Assembly (NCBI GenBank): GCA_964522405.1
Contig: CAZFTR010000004.1
Location: 22,349-86,348 of the forward strand
Direction: 5' to 3'
DNA from: an uncultured Gammaproteobacteria bacterium
GTDB lineage: Bacteria > Patescibacteriota > Patescibacteriia > Magasanikbacterales > UBA922
Length of the DNA stretch: 64,000 bases
The position numbers and the translations under genes are program-made. The notes beneath the pieces were generated by a model. That model searched no databases, was not told where the DNA came from, and was given only the letters and a program-made list of their open reading frames with translations. Positions 49,841 through 59,971 of the stretch are shown piece after piece; position 1 is the first letter of the stretch, and each line of letters opens with the position of its first letter.

Positions 49841-50059
49841 ATGGTTGTCACCATCATCCAAGTAGTAATGGTTGTTCTCATGTTTCTGGCCGGCCTCTGT
49901 CTGATCATTGATGGCGCGCTCCGGGTTTTCAAGCCCAGCCTCAGCCACAGGCAGATGATTCCTCGAGCCGACTACTGGAAGCAGCGCATGGCAGGACTGA
50001 TCGAGATGGCTGTTGGCTCTGCCCTGCTCGCCATCCTGCTGACCATTGCACTGGTCTGA
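49841..50059 (+). CDS. Small two-TM membrane protein (72 aa) in G+C-rich island I
   Basis: GAGGAG lies about 6 nt before the ATG at 49841 (the ORF-track start at 49808 lies upstream of the SD). Product is MVVTIIQVVMVVLMFLAGL...LLAILLTIALV. GC3-rich codons. G+C-rich hairpins GGCTGCG/CGCAGCC follow at 50080-50101. Confidence 0.45.
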   Translation: MVVTIIQVVMVVLMFLAGLCLIIDGALRVFKPSLSHRQMIPRADYWKQRMAGLIEMAVGSALLAILLTIALV

Positions 50060-50210
50060 AACATGAAACAACTGATTCGGCTGCGCCGCAGACGCAGCCT
50101 CGCTCATTCTGGGGCTTTCTCCCCACCAACCACAACAAGGAGGTGAGGACGAACTCTGCACTCGTCCCTCCGAATATTTTCAGTAGTTATAATGCAAATT
50201 GAGGAGTATT

Positions 50211-50237
50211 AAAAAACAGCCGATTTGGCTGTTTTTT
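50211..50237. terminator. Bidirectional terminator
   Basis: AACAGCC-gattt-GGCTGTT flanked by A- and T-runs. Confidence 0.55.
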
Positions 50238-50255
50238 AGATCTCAACTTTAACTT

Positions 50256-50981
50256 TTATTCAGCTAAAATAAAATTCAAATCAAGATTAAAGCTAATATC
50301 ATCCTTGATAGCCTTGTCACCCAACTCTTTAAATATTGAACCTGATTTAAAATTAATACCCCAACGAGTACGATCAATATCAAAATCAGCCTTAACATTG
50401 AAAACACCTCCCTCATCTATAGTCTTTGCCTGAAAACTGATTTCTTTAGTCTTATCAAGAATTGTTAAATTACCTTCTACTTCATAAAGTTCTAGCTCTA
50501 TCTGCTTAAGAAAGGTTAAGACAAATTTAGTCTCAGGAAAATTTTCTACATTAAAAAAATCTTCTGAGCGAATATGTTTTAAAAATAATTCACTTTCCTT
50601 ATCATCATCAATACTTTGCATATCTATTATAAACTCTCCAGAATCAAAAAATCCCTTTTCTTTCATAAGCAAACCACTCTTCAAATCAACACTACCAGTA
50701 TGCCCACCCCCCGCTACATGCGATGCTGACCAGTTTAATTGAGAATTAGTAGTATCCAAAGTATATTTTTGAGAAGGCATTATTTCCTGATTTTCTTCTT
50801 GTAGCTCTTCTTTTTCCTCAGCAGGCACTACTTCTTCTACTGCCACATCTTCATTTAACTGTTCTGTCTCAAGAGCAGGCACGACTTGCTCCACCGGCAC
50901 TTGTTCAACCCCTTTTGAACAACCCGCGCCAATCAATAAAAACAATACCAAAAATCCTCCTATTTTCAAATATTTTTGCAT
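50256..50981 (-). CDS. YceI-like lipoprotein, distal gene of the copper/redox operon
   Basis: Lipobox LIGAGCSK and a YceI-like core (TGSVDLKSG...ENFPETKFVLT). Confidence 0.6.
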   Translation of the reverse strand: MQKYLKIGGFLVLFLLIGAGCSKGVEQVPVEQVVPALETEQLNEDVAVEEVVPAEEKEELQEENQEIMPSQKYTLDTTNSQLNWSASHVAGGGHTGSVDLKSGLLMKEKGFFDSGEFIIDMQSIDDDKESELFLKHIRSEDFFNVENFPETKFVLTFLKQIELELYEVEGNLTILDKTKEISFQAKTIDEGGVFNVKADFDIDRTRWGINFKSGSIFKELGDKAIKDDISFNLDLNFILAE

Positions 50982-51064
50982 AGATAAAAATAATAATAAC
51001 TAATTAAGTTTACATTATTAAGAAATAATTTCAATTGTGTATAATTGAGAGCAAAATTATACTA

Positions 51065-53218
51065 CTATAATTTCTTTCTCCTGATCCTCAAGCTATTTCC
51101 CACAACTGAAACACTACTCATACTCATAGCTGCAGCAGCTATAATAGGGCTGAGTACTCCAAACATGGCAAGTGGTATTGCCACTACATTGTAGATAAAA
51201 GCAAAGAATAGATTTTGCTTAATAGAAGAAAATGTTTGACGAGAAAGTCTGATAGCTTCTACAACTTTTTGAGGATTACTCTGCATCAGCACTATACTTC
51301 CGGCTTCTATTGCCACATCTGTTCCACTACCCACCGCAATACCAAGATCTGCTTGTGCAAGAGCCGGAGCATCGTTTATTCCGTCCCCTACAAATGCCAC
51401 CACTTCTCCCTTTTTTTGCAGTTTTTGAACTTCTTCTGCCTTATGATCAGGCATTATATTTGCCACTACGTGCTCAATATCAAGTTGCTTTGCTATTGCT
51501 TGCGCTGTTTTCTCGTGATCCCCAGTAATCATATAGACATCTATATTCTGAGAACCAAGCTGCTGCACTGCTTTTTTTGCAGTGTCACGCACCACATCTG
51601 CCACAGCTACGATAGCAATTATTTTTTTATCTTCTACTACATACATTGGTGTTTTTCCATCATTTGCCAATCTCTCAAAAACTTCACTATACTTTTTGTT
51701 TTGTTCAACACCAACCTCTTCAACTAATTTAGAGTTACCAAGCTTAATACTTCTTGATTCAATCACACCCTCTACACCTTTACCAGATATTGCTCGAACA
51801 TCAGTTACTTTTTTAAGATCAAACTTATTGTTTTTTGCATATTTAGCAAATGCAGAAGCTAACACATGCTCGCTTTGAGATTCAATAGAACAAGCAAGAA
51901 CCATGATGTCTTTTTCATCTGTGTCTTTAGCAAATATCTCTATATCTGTAACAACCGGCTCGGCTTTTGTCAGAGTACCTGTCTTATCAAACATTACAGA
52001 TGTAATTTTGTGAGCAATTTCAAGACTTTGAGATTCCTTGATAAGTATTCCGTTTTCTGCACCTTTTCCGCTTCCAACCATAATAGCTGTTGGGGTTGCA
52101 AGACCAAGAGCGCACGGACAAGCAATTACAAGCACGGCAACCGCATGAATAATACTTGCCTCAAGTCCTGCTGACACCATAAACATCCAGACTAGAAATG
52201 TAGCAAGCGCTAGCAACATAACAATCGGAACAAAAACCCCAGCCACTTTGTCTGCAAGTTTTTGAATTGGAGCTTTTGAACTCTGTGCTTGTTCAACCAG
52301 CTTTATAATTTGTGAAAGCACAGTATCTTCCCCAACCTTTGTTACTTTTACTTCAATTACACCGGAACCATTGATAGTTGCTCCATAGACAAGATCGCCT
52401 ACATTTTTTTCTACCGGAATACTTTCACCTGTAAGCATTGATTCGTTTACAGAAGTTGATCCTTTTAGCACTTCAGAATCAAGTGGAATTTTCTCTCCAG
52501 GCTTTACCAGTAACAGATCTCCAACACGGATTTTCTCTACATCCATTTCTTGCTCCTCTCCATCTACAAGTACTCGTGCTTTTTTAACACCAAGCGCTAA
52601 TAGTTTTTGTATAGCACTTGAAGCCCTACCTTTACTCTTCTCTTCCAGATATTTACCAAGAAGTATAAGCGTAATAATAACTGCAGCAGTTTCAAAATAT
52701 ACATGACCATCAAAGAGCATTGCATAAACCGAGTATGCAAAGGCTGCAATCGTACCAACAGATACCAGTGTATCCATATTTGCCCGAAATCTCTTTAGCT
52801 GAATTAACATCCCTTTGTGAAACTGCCAACCAACGACAAAAACTACCCAAGCTGTCAATATAGCCATTATCATCATGACTGTTTGATTTTTCATGAGAAC
52901 AGGAACAAACATGGTCAAAAGCAGTGGCAATGTCAGAACAAAGGCAGTTATAAATTTTTTTCTTGCTTTTTGAGTAGCAGTATCATGTTGAGGCTTCTTG
53001 GCACCCTCACGCTCTACTTGGTAATCTCCTGCTTTTGAAATTGCCTCATCAATCGCCCCTTCACTCACCATATTTTCATCATACTCAACATAAGCCTTGC
53101 TCATACCATAATTAACTGATGCTTTTTTTATTCCATCAATTTTACCTAATTGTTTTTCAATATTAAGAGCGCAACTTGTACAGTGCATCCCTTGAATTTT
53201 TAAGCTATCTTTTTTCAT
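51065..53218 (-). CDS. copA: Copper-translocating P1B-type ATPase
   Basis: N-terminal HMA (GMHCTSCA), TM CPC motif, DKTGTLT and GDGINDAP. Confidence 0.9.
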   Translation of the reverse strand: MKKDSLKIQGMHCTSCALNIEKQLGKIDGIKKASVNYGMSKAYVEYDENMVSEGAIDEAISKAGDYQVEREGAKKPQHDTATQKARKKFITAFVLTLPLLLTMFVPVLMKNQTVMMIMAILTAWVVFVVGWQFHKGMLIQLKRFRANMDTLVSVGTIAAFAYSVYAMLFDGHVYFETAAVIITLILLGKYLEEKSKGRASSAIQKLLALGVKKARVLVDGEEQEMDVEKIRVGDLLLVKPGEKIPLDSEVLKGSTSVNESMLTGESIPVEKNVGDLVYGATINGSGVIEVKVTKVGEDTVLSQIIKLVEQAQSSKAPIQKLADKVAGVFVPIVMLLALATFLVWMFMVSAGLEASIIHAVAVLVIACPCALGLATPTAIMVGSGKGAENGILIKESQSLEIAHKITSVMFDKTGTLTKAEPVVTDIEIFAKDTDEKDIMVLACSIESQSEHVLASAFAKYAKNNKFDLKKVTDVRAISGKGVEGVIESRSIKLGNSKLVEEVGVEQNKKYSEVFERLANDGKTPMYVVEDKKIIAIVAVADVVRDTAKKAVQQLGSQNIDVYMITGDHEKTAQAIAKQLDIEHVVANIMPDHKAEEVQKLQKKGEVVAFVGDGINDAPALAQADLGIAVGSGTDVAIEAGSIVLMQSNPQKVVEAIRLSRQTFSSIKQNLFFAFIYNVVAIPLAMFGVLSPIIAAAAMSMSSVSVVGNSLRIRRKKL

Positions 53219-53219
53219 A

Positions 53220-54557
53220 TTATTCTATTACATTAAATGAACCGCGGATCATCCCCATCCAGCAGCTAAATGAGACTGTACCTGCGCTTGTAGGAGTAAA
53301 TTCTACAATATTTTGACCAGGTGTAAGCTTTTTACTGATTCCATATTTTGGAACAATAACCTCATTTGAACAACCTGTAATTTGCTTACCATTTATAATC
53401 CATTTTACTGGTACGCCTTTTTTAATTTCAAATCTATTTGGTGTAAATCCGTAATAGTCTACATCCATTTCTATAACTTGTACTCCATTCTCAACAGCAA
53501 TACCTGAATTGTTGGATTCCCTTACTTCTCCTCCCCCAAGAACTATACCATTGGCTGCAAGTCCTGACGAGAGGGTATACCAGGCAAAAGCAAGAATAAC
53601 AAATCCAATTACTTTTTTGAGTACAATACGATCTAGGTTTTGACTTTTTGTACTCATCACACCCACCCCAAGCAAAACCGGCATAGTTCCAAAAGCAAAA
53701 AGCGCAAGTGTCATACCACCTACAAAGAAACTACCGGAAGCTACAGCAAAAAGTTGCATACTTTGTGTAAATCCGCAGGGCAAGAAAAAGGTAAATGCGC
53801 CAAGCACAACCGGAGCCATAGCATGTTCAGATTTTTTTATCTTATTCCAGTACTTAATGACTCCTTTTGGCATATGAAATCCGGTACTAGTGATAGATGG
53901 CAGAACCCCAAGAATATTTAATCCCATCCAAGCAAGAACAACAGCAATAAACACAGTAAACCAACCCATTGCGGAAATTGAAAGCTCAAAGAAATTTCCA
54001 ACTGTCGCCAACAATCCACCCAAGATAAAGAAGGCACCAATGCGACCTACGTGAAACAGTAAATGTGGTTTGGTATTTCTCTCAAACTTCGAACCTTTTG
54101 ACTGGTATTTTGCACCAAACGAGATGACAACCGCACCAACTACTGCCAAACATGTAGAAAGTGAGGCTACTATACCGACTAGAATCGCTGCGCCATAGCC
54201 AATATTTACAGTCTCAATCTCCAGAAAACTCAATATTCCTATCCATTTAAAGTATCTATATACCCAATACAGACAAAACACGACAAATAGAGACCAATAC
54301 CACTGCGCTTTGGTTGCTTTTTTCTTTGGCTGAACCTTAGAGTCAGATGTTTCAGATACCGCATATCCGAGCTTTTTAAGTTTATGCATTATCTTTCCCA
54401 TGTTCAGTGAATTTCCAGAAAATTGTATCTCGGCAATCTGTTTTTTATGACAAACAACCACTTCTTCTATATTTTCAATTCCATTGAGTTCGTCTGAAAT
54501 AATGGTCTCACAAGAGACGCAGGTCATGCCCACTATTTTAAATTGTTTTTTTCCCAT
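53220..54557 (-). CDS. Fusion protein: HMA metal-binding domain, CcdA/DsbD-type thiol-transfer membrane domain and a C-terminal cupredoxin-like domain
   Basis: HMA motif GMTCVSCE; two TM cysteines ([17 protein letters not shown]); C-terminal beta domain with GCSNEV...FSCWMGM. Confidence 0.55.
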   Translation of the reverse strand: MGKKQFKIVGMTCVSCETIISDELNGIENIEEVVVCHKKQIAEIQFSGNSLNMGKIMHKLKKLGYAVSETSDSKVQPKKKATKAQWYWSLFVVFCLYWVYRYFKWIGILSFLEIETVNIGYGAAILVGIVASLSTCLAVVGAVVISFGAKYQSKGSKFERNTKPHLLFHVGRIGAFFILGGLLATVGNFFELSISAMGWFTVFIAVVLAWMGLNILGVLPSITSTGFHMPKGVIKYWNKIKKSEHAMAPVVLGAFTFFLPCGFTQSMQLFAVASGSFFVGGMTLALFAFGTMPVLLGVGVMSTKSQNLDRIVLKKVIGFVILAFAWYTLSSGLAANGIVLGGGEVRESNNSGIAVENGVQVIEMDVDYYGFTPNRFEIKKGVPVKWIINGKQITGCSNEVIVPKYGISKKLTPGQNIVEFTPTSAGTVSFSCWMGMIRGSFNVIE

Positions 54558-54605
54558 ATAAATATGAATTGTCTATTTACTAACTATATTGCTTATCCCA
54601 CTAAA

Positions 54606-54989
54606 TCAAACTTCATCAATCACTTTTTTTAATTTCTCTTCTACCAGCATACCGACTTCTTCTAACTCAGGATTACCTATCATACCCATAGCAGCTGAAG
54701 GTAACATGGCAGATACATAAACCTTTCCATCACGCTCATAGACAATAACATTGCAGGGCAAAAATAGTCCAATTTCTCTTTCTACTTGCAAGACCTGGTA
54801 TGCAGATTCAGGATTGCAAACACCAAGAATTAGATAATTATCAAAATCCACATCAAGTTTTTTCTTAAGAGTTGCCTTTACATCTATTTCAGTCATAATG
54901 CCAAAACCTTCCAAATCTAATTGTTTTTTAGTCTTTTCAATTGCCTCGACAAATGATATATCTAATTGTTTAGTGTATCCGTATTTCAT
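54606..54989 (-). CDS. DUF302 protein
   Basis: ILGVCNP motif and a DUF302 layout. Confidence 0.7.
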   Translation of the reverse strand: MKYGYTKQLDISFVEAIEKTKKQLDLEGFGIMTEIDVKATLKKKLDVDFDNYLILGVCNPESAYQVLQVEREIGLFLPCNVIVYERDGKVYVSAMLPSAAMGMIGNPELEEVGMLVEEKLKKVIDEV

Positions 54990-55054
54990 ATTATTAAAGT
55001 TAATTTAGACAGATCACAGAATCCTGTGACCTGTCTAACTAATTTAGCGGTTTT

Positions 55055-55933
55055 TTATTCTGCCTTTGGTTTTACTATTTTACCTGTACTTAAATCCTTG
55101 TATGGTTGTCCAAGAGCTGTCATTTCTCTAAAAACAAACATACCGTCAGGCTCTACTGTTCCAACCTGATTCCAAAGTTGAGTTAGAGCTGGATAATTCT
55201 TTGTTTCACTTGAAAGAATAATAGTCGGCAATCCCTTTATTTGATATTTTTCTATCAATTCTTTTCCAATATTTTCAGAAATATCAAAACTCTCGATATT
55301 AGAGAAACCTAACCCAAAACGTTGTAAAATAGGTTGCTGAACAGCCACCACATCATAACAATCAGTACAAGTTTTATCGGTTATATAAATCAAATTAACC
55401 AAACCCATAGTCTGATTTTGGGCTAAATTGAAATATGGAACAATCTCTGACTCCCAAACAATAACCTTATTATTAACTTTCCGAGAACCTTTTTCAAGAG
55501 CTTGTGCTAATTTACTATTTATTTCTTCTTCAGCAACAAATATCAAAGCTGGTAATTTCTTTAATTCAAACCGCTCAATAACTTCTTTTGCTTTTTCAGT
55601 GCCAAATGTATAAATTTTATCATCACTTAATTCTACATTTTGACTACTAAGAACCTTCTTCTCAGCTGCCATATCACCACATTGCGGACAACTCTCTGGT
55701 AAAACCAATAATAACTCCCCTTCTTGTGGCTTTGTTATTTCAATTGCTTGATTTAATTTATTATTTACTGTAAATGTAAAAAATCCCATTACAATAATAT
55801 TTAGAACCACAACAATACCAAGTATTATTGCTAATATCTCAATAGTATTTTTTCTTTGTGGCCTTTTTTTCTCTTCTTTACTTTGACAACAACCCTTTTC
55901 AGGATTAAGATCTTTTTTTATTTCTTCAGTCAT
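55055..55933 (-). CDS. Membrane-anchored thioredoxin-like protein with two CxxC motifs
   Basis: N-terminal TM helix, then CPQCGD and CTDCYD in Trx-like contexts. Confidence 0.6.
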   Translation of the reverse strand: MTEEIKKDLNPEKGCCQSKEEKKRPQRKNTIEILAIILGIVVVLNIIVMGFFTFTVNNKLNQAIEITKPQEGELLLVLPESCPQCGDMAAEKKVLSSQNVELSDDKIYTFGTEKAKEVIERFELKKLPALIFVAEEEINSKLAQALEKGSRKVNNKVIVWESEIVPYFNLAQNQTMGLVNLIYITDKTCTDCYDVVAVQQPILQRFGLGFSNIESFDISENIGKELIEKYQIKGLPTIILSSETKNYPALTQLWNQVGTVEPDGMFVFREMTALGQPYKDLSTGKIVKPKAE

Positions 55934-56043
55934 AATTTATTATTTATTAATGAATAACCACCCCCTAGCCCCCCCTTGAAAAGAGGGGGAATGAATTTGT
56001 TTTCAATCACTTGTTAATTACGAGTTGTTAATTGTCAATTAAT

Positions 56044-56229
56044 TTAGCATCCCCCTACCATTTGTGGCGCAGAACCATCATCACTGAAACTTACTGCTGA
56101 TGGAGAAGATCCTAAACCGACTTCTGCTTCTACTAATTTTTTATTTACACTGGCCAGAGCCGCTGTCTGAAATGATAGAGCAATCACTGCTGCCGCAAGC
56201 ATAATTGTTAGATTTTTTTTACTGAACAT
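56044..56229 (-). CDS. Small secreted peptide ending in ...PQMVGGC
   Basis: Signal peptide (...ALASV) and a ~35-aa mature part. Its C-terminal MVGGC is identical to that of the upstream gene. Confidence 0.45.
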   Translation of the reverse strand: MFSKKNLTIMLAAAVIALSFQTAALASVNKKLVEAEVGLGSSPSAVSFSDDGSAPQMVGGC

Positions 56230-56263
56230 ATTCTATTTATTAGTTATTAATTCTTAAATAAAT

Positions 56264-57433
56264 TTAACATCCCCCAACCATACCCGGAGCTTTGGTATCA
56301 GGAACAAAACCGGATTTTTTTGCCTTTTCGCTTAAATCTTTTATCTCCTCTTCAGTTAAATTCATTGTTAGATACTTAATATCCGGAAGATAATCCTTTT
56401 TTTCACCGGAAAGTGACTCTGCCATGCGTTTTTGCATTTGCGATGGAAAATATAAACCTTTTTGTCGCATAAGCTCATAAGAAATATCTGCATTTGTAAG
56501 TTCTGGATAATTTCGAATAAGGTATGCAGCGGTTCCACGCATAGCTATTGAGTGAGCGCAACCACAAGTAGGTGTGCCATCTTCACGAACCAAGGTTTTT
56601 ACTCCACAACAAAATTCACAGGTAATGTATGGCTCTGTTCCTATGGCAACATATCTTTTCATTTCTTCATCAGTCAACTCTATTGGATTTGATCCTTGTT
56701 TGGGCGCCATTTTTGATAATTTTGCAATTGAAGCATTTATAGCATTCAAATTAGACATATCTAACCCAAGTTCCGGACCATAGAATGGTAATTGAGCGGG
56801 AGTAACCAAAGAAGCTATATCCTTTGCAAAATCACCTGAAAGAGCGATTTCACCATTCATATCATGACCAATCATAGTGTTTCCAATTTGCATGGCATAA
56901 GCCTGATTTGTTATGAAAAGTACTGCAACAAAGACAACTGCAAATTTTTGAAACAATATATGCAGATCAGCCTTTGGCAATTTCCTTGGCTGGAAATTTT
57001 TTACTAATAAAAATATTCCAATACCAAGCAAGACAATGGAAAGCAATCTAATCCACCAGAAATATGGCGCAAGAGCCAAAACTGTTGTTGAAAGTCCAAA
57101 ATATGCCAGGAAAAATACCGGGCAGACCGGACAAAGCATTGTAAACAATGCTAATATTCCTGATCCTGAACCAATTGAACATGATGCCGCATTGAACTTT
57201 CTAGCTATGGCAAATAAAGCAGTTCCAAATCCAAACAAAATTGCAAATAATCCTGCGAAAGCCAGATCAAATCCGCTCACCTCTGACATAAATGGAATTC
57301 GATACTGAATTACCGGTAATTTCCACAGCCCGAGAAACAGGGTTTGGATTCCAAAAACCGCTATTGACGATCCCAGAAACCACAACCAAAATTGCTCAAG
57401 CCAGACTATAGATATTATTTTCTTTTTTAACAT
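56264..57433 (-). CDS. Membrane protein with a TM CPVCP motif, a Cys-rich soluble domain (CEFCCG...CGC) and a C-terminal ...PGMVGGC
   Basis: 389 aa: an N-terminal polytopic domain and a C-terminal soluble domain. The last 18 nt are nearly identical to the 3' end of the 56044..56229 gene. Confidence 0.5.
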   Translation of the reverse strand: MLKKKIISIVWLEQFWLWFLGSSIAVFGIQTLFLGLWKLPVIQYRIPFMSEVSGFDLAFAGLFAILFGFGTALFAIARKFNAASCSIGSGSGILALFTMLCPVCPVFFLAYFGLSTTVLALAPYFWWIRLLSIVLLGIGIFLLVKNFQPRKLPKADLHILFQKFAVVFVAVLFITNQAYAMQIGNTMIGHDMNGEIALSGDFAKDIASLVTPAQLPFYGPELGLDMSNLNAINASIAKLSKMAPKQGSNPIELTDEEMKRYVAIGTEPYITCEFCCGVKTLVREDGTPTCGCAHSIAMRGTAAYLIRNYPELTNADISYELMRQKGLYFPSQMQKRMAESLSGEKKDYLPDIKYLTMNLTEEEIKDLSEKAKKSGFVPDTKAPGMVGGC

Positions 57434-57466
57434 AGAGCTTTTTTCTTAATTAATTCTTATTTTTTA

Positions 57467-57919
57467 TCATGTCTTTGTGCAAGACATATTCTTTTGTTTT
57501 TTAACCCTTAACCACATGTACCAAATACCAAATATATTTACTACAGCGCCAATCGCAAGAAATAAATCTTGATACTTACTCATAGTTGTGGCAATACCCA
57601 TAAATCCCAGAACCGGAAAAAGATCTGCAAGATGATGGGCGCAACATGCGACCATAGCCACTCCTCCAGCACTGGCAGAAGCACCTGCCATGGCCAGCTT
57701 ATTTTCGTGAACAATAAAACGCAATTTTTGAAATAAATACATTTGTATTCCAAATCCAATCATTATGGGAGCTAAAAAATACCATCTTTCCAGAAAAAAT
57801 AAAAATGGATGCAATGGATCTTTTGTAGTTAGTAGGAGCAACAAGTAATAGAATACTATCATTATCAAGAAACCAATAGAACCAATCAGATATGGATTTA
57901 GTTTTGGCTTATTCATCAT
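57467..57919 (-). CDS. Small membrane protein with an intramembrane CC pair (ACCAHH)
   Basis: Start ATGATG at 57919/57916 overlaps the upstream stop (the ORF-track start at 57955 is an extension). About four TM helices. Confidence 0.45.
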   Translation of the reverse strand: MMNKPKLNPYLIGSIGFLIMIVFYYLLLLLTTKDPLHPFLFFLERWYFLAPIMIGFGIQMYLFQKLRFIVHENKLAMAGASASAGGVAMVACCAHHLADLFPVLGFMGIATTMSKYQDLFLAIGAVVNIFGIWYMWLRVKKQKNMSCTKT

Positions 57920-58451
57920 ACCTAAGATTATTAAACTCAAGCAATACTTCTCCAACCGGCATATCTGCTATTCTGAGAATAAGGGGCTCGTCAACATATT
58001 CAAAACTTAAAATACCAGCTATGTGATGTCCACCAATAGCGTCTGAAAAGGCATTCCAAGCTATAGCTTTTTCTCCATTTAACTCTGAAATTGATTTGTA
58101 ATCAAATTCAGCAAGATTAATTCTGTGATTATCTAGATTTAGCAGAATATTTGTATTTTTCAAATCAATATCTTCAGATAGAAATTCACTGCCAAATTCT
58201 TTTTCTAACTTCTCAATATTTTCCTCTGTTATCACTTCTGCGTCAAACTGTATAAAACCAACTTGTGAATTTGCTTTTTGTACTTTTATCTCTTCTTTTT
58301 CATTTGACTGAAGATGATTTTCCAAATCTTCCATACTGCTTTCCACTACAGAATTTATATTTGACGCAGCATAGAGATCCTTACCAACTTTCACCACCAC
58401 AATCAGCACAAATCCAATTAAAAGAGCAAGCAATATCTTTTTCATAGGCAT
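57909..58451 (-). CDS. Signal-anchored hypothetical protein
   Basis: N-terminal TM helix then an acidic soluble domain; part of the same operon. Confidence 0.45.
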   Translation of the reverse strand: MPMKKILLALLIGFVLIVVVKVGKDLYAASNINSVVESSMEDLENHLQSNEKEEIKVQKANSQVGFIQFDAEVITEENIEKLEKEFGSEFLSEDIDLKNTNILLNLDNHRINLAEFDYKSISELNGEKAIAWNAFSDAIGGHHIAGILSFEYVDEPLILRIADMPVGEVLLEFNNLRYDE

Positions 58452-58463
58452 AAATTAATTGAT

Positions 58464-58904
58464 TTACCAATTTTTACAACATTCAATTATACGTTTTACA
58501 ATTCCACTAAGTCTTGAATTTGATCTATAAAAATATGCAAATCCAAACAATGTCCAAAGCGCCAGCAACAAGGCAATGGATTTTCCAATATTTTCAGTGT
58601 GTCCAAGAACTACAAACACCAGAAAAGTGGCTGTTAACAAAAAAGGCAAGCGGAAAATTAAAAAATCCTTTTTTACCTTCTTCTCAAGTAGATAATACAA
58701 CCCAACCACGCTCTGTCCCATAAGCGCTGCTATAATTATTGGATATTCAAATTTTCCTAACCAGTATAACATAAGTAAAATAATCCAAGTTATACTAACA
58801 CTGGCGCAAATCGCGCAAATTTCAAGCTTTGTGAGTCTTTTGAATATCAAAAATACTGGAAACAGAGCTGAAATGCTGACTAACACTAGAAATACAGGAC
58901 TCAT
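58464..58904 (-). CDS. Small polytopic membrane protein with a TM CxxC (CAIC)
   Basis: 146 aa, four TM helices, overlaps the upstream gene by 4 nt (ATGA). Confidence 0.45.
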   Translation of the reverse strand: MSPVFLVLVSISALFPVFLIFKRLTKLEICAICASVSITWIILLMLYWLGKFEYPIIIAALMGQSVVGLYYLLEKKVKKDFLIFRLPFLLTATFLVFVVLGHTENIGKSIALLLALWTLFGFAYFYRSNSRLSGIVKRIIECCKNW

Positions 58905-59425
58905 AGAGCAAATTGCATAATAAGAGAAGTTATGAATAGTAAAACAAAGGTGATGGCAATACCTTGATAAGGAATTATTTTGCCATTTCTTAATTTTGAC
59001 AACTCTCTACTCAAGTAAGGAGAAACAAACATGATTAATGTACCTATGATCACACCAATCAAAAAACGATTGAACATATAAGTACGATTAAACATGGCTC
59101 CATACTCACCAAACCAATATATATTTACAGATGTATAATGTCGCATCATGGGCATAAGCGGGAGAATGGTTGAAAGAAAAACCAGAGCTGCCAAAATTGG
59201 TTTTTGGTGCTTTATATATTTCTTTTTTACCAATTTTACTATCCACAAAGACAATGCTAGAGCAAAAGCACCAATCAGAATTCCCACAACATAGGTACTA
59301 ACACCGATATATGCCGCGCCAACAGCCAGAGCTCCTGCTCCCGCAGTACACAATGGGCAATGAGCTTTGGCAACACCCGGAATAAGAGCAAAAACCACTA
59401 ATAAACCAAAGAATTTTTTCTTCAT
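58901..59425 (-). CDS. Membrane protein with an N-terminal CPLC motif
   Basis: Signal/TM helix, then HCPLCTAGAG and four TM helices. Confidence 0.45.
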   Translation of the reverse strand: MKKKFFGLLVVFALIPGVAKAHCPLCTAGAGALAVGAAYIGVSTYVVGILIGAFALALSLWIVKLVKKKYIKHQKPILAALVFLSTILPLMPMMRHYTSVNIYWFGEYGAMFNRTYMFNRFLIGVIIGTLIMFVSPYLSRELSKLRNGKIIPYQGIAITFVLLFITSLIMQFAL

Positions 59426-59434
59426 ATTTACAAA

Positions 59435-59902
59435 TTAAAGTTCTGTAAATAATGAAGTGTTTCCCTCTGCGTCAACGCGATGAATTTTAAACACAGCCTT
59501 TGGTCCCGGCATTCCAGGAGAACCGGATGGCATTCCCGGCATGGCGATCATATGCTCGTCTGAATCCATCATCATTTCAATTCCCTTCACTGGAATATGC
59601 CCTTCTACAACTTTTCCATCTTCAAAAACAGAAGTGTGACAACTTTCCATATGAGCTGGAACACTGTGCTCTGCTTTTATAGCTGCCATATTTTCTGTTT
59701 CAATTACCTCCACATCATAACCCTCGCGACGAAGATAAGTAGCATAATTAGCACAACATCCGCAAGTTGGTGACTTATACACTTTTACAGATTGAGCTGA
59801 AGCAATCCCGGCATTTTCTGAAGTATTAAACAATCTGGGAGCAAAGAGCGCAGCTCCAACCAGAAGCACCACAATCGCAATTACTTTTTTTTGTTTTTTC
59901 AT
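59435..59902 (-). CDS. DUF411/CopG-like periplasmic metal-binding protein with a Met/Pro-rich tail
   Basis: CGCC, SCHT and EGHIP motifs of DUF411; C-terminal MMMDSDEHMIAMPGMPSGSPGMPGP. Confidence 0.65.
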   Translation of the reverse strand: MKKQKKVIAIVVLLVGAALFAPRLFNTSENAGIASAQSVKVYKSPTCGCCANYATYLRREGYDVEVIETENMAAIKAEHSVPAHMESCHTSVFEDGKVVEGHIPVKGIEMMMDSDEHMIAMPGMPSGSPGMPGPKAVFKIHRVDAEGNTSLFTEL

Positions 59903-59971
59903 ATAAGTAGATAAAAATTAAATATTAAAAAACCACATCAAAAAAATCAATGTGGAAAATTTAAAATCTAT

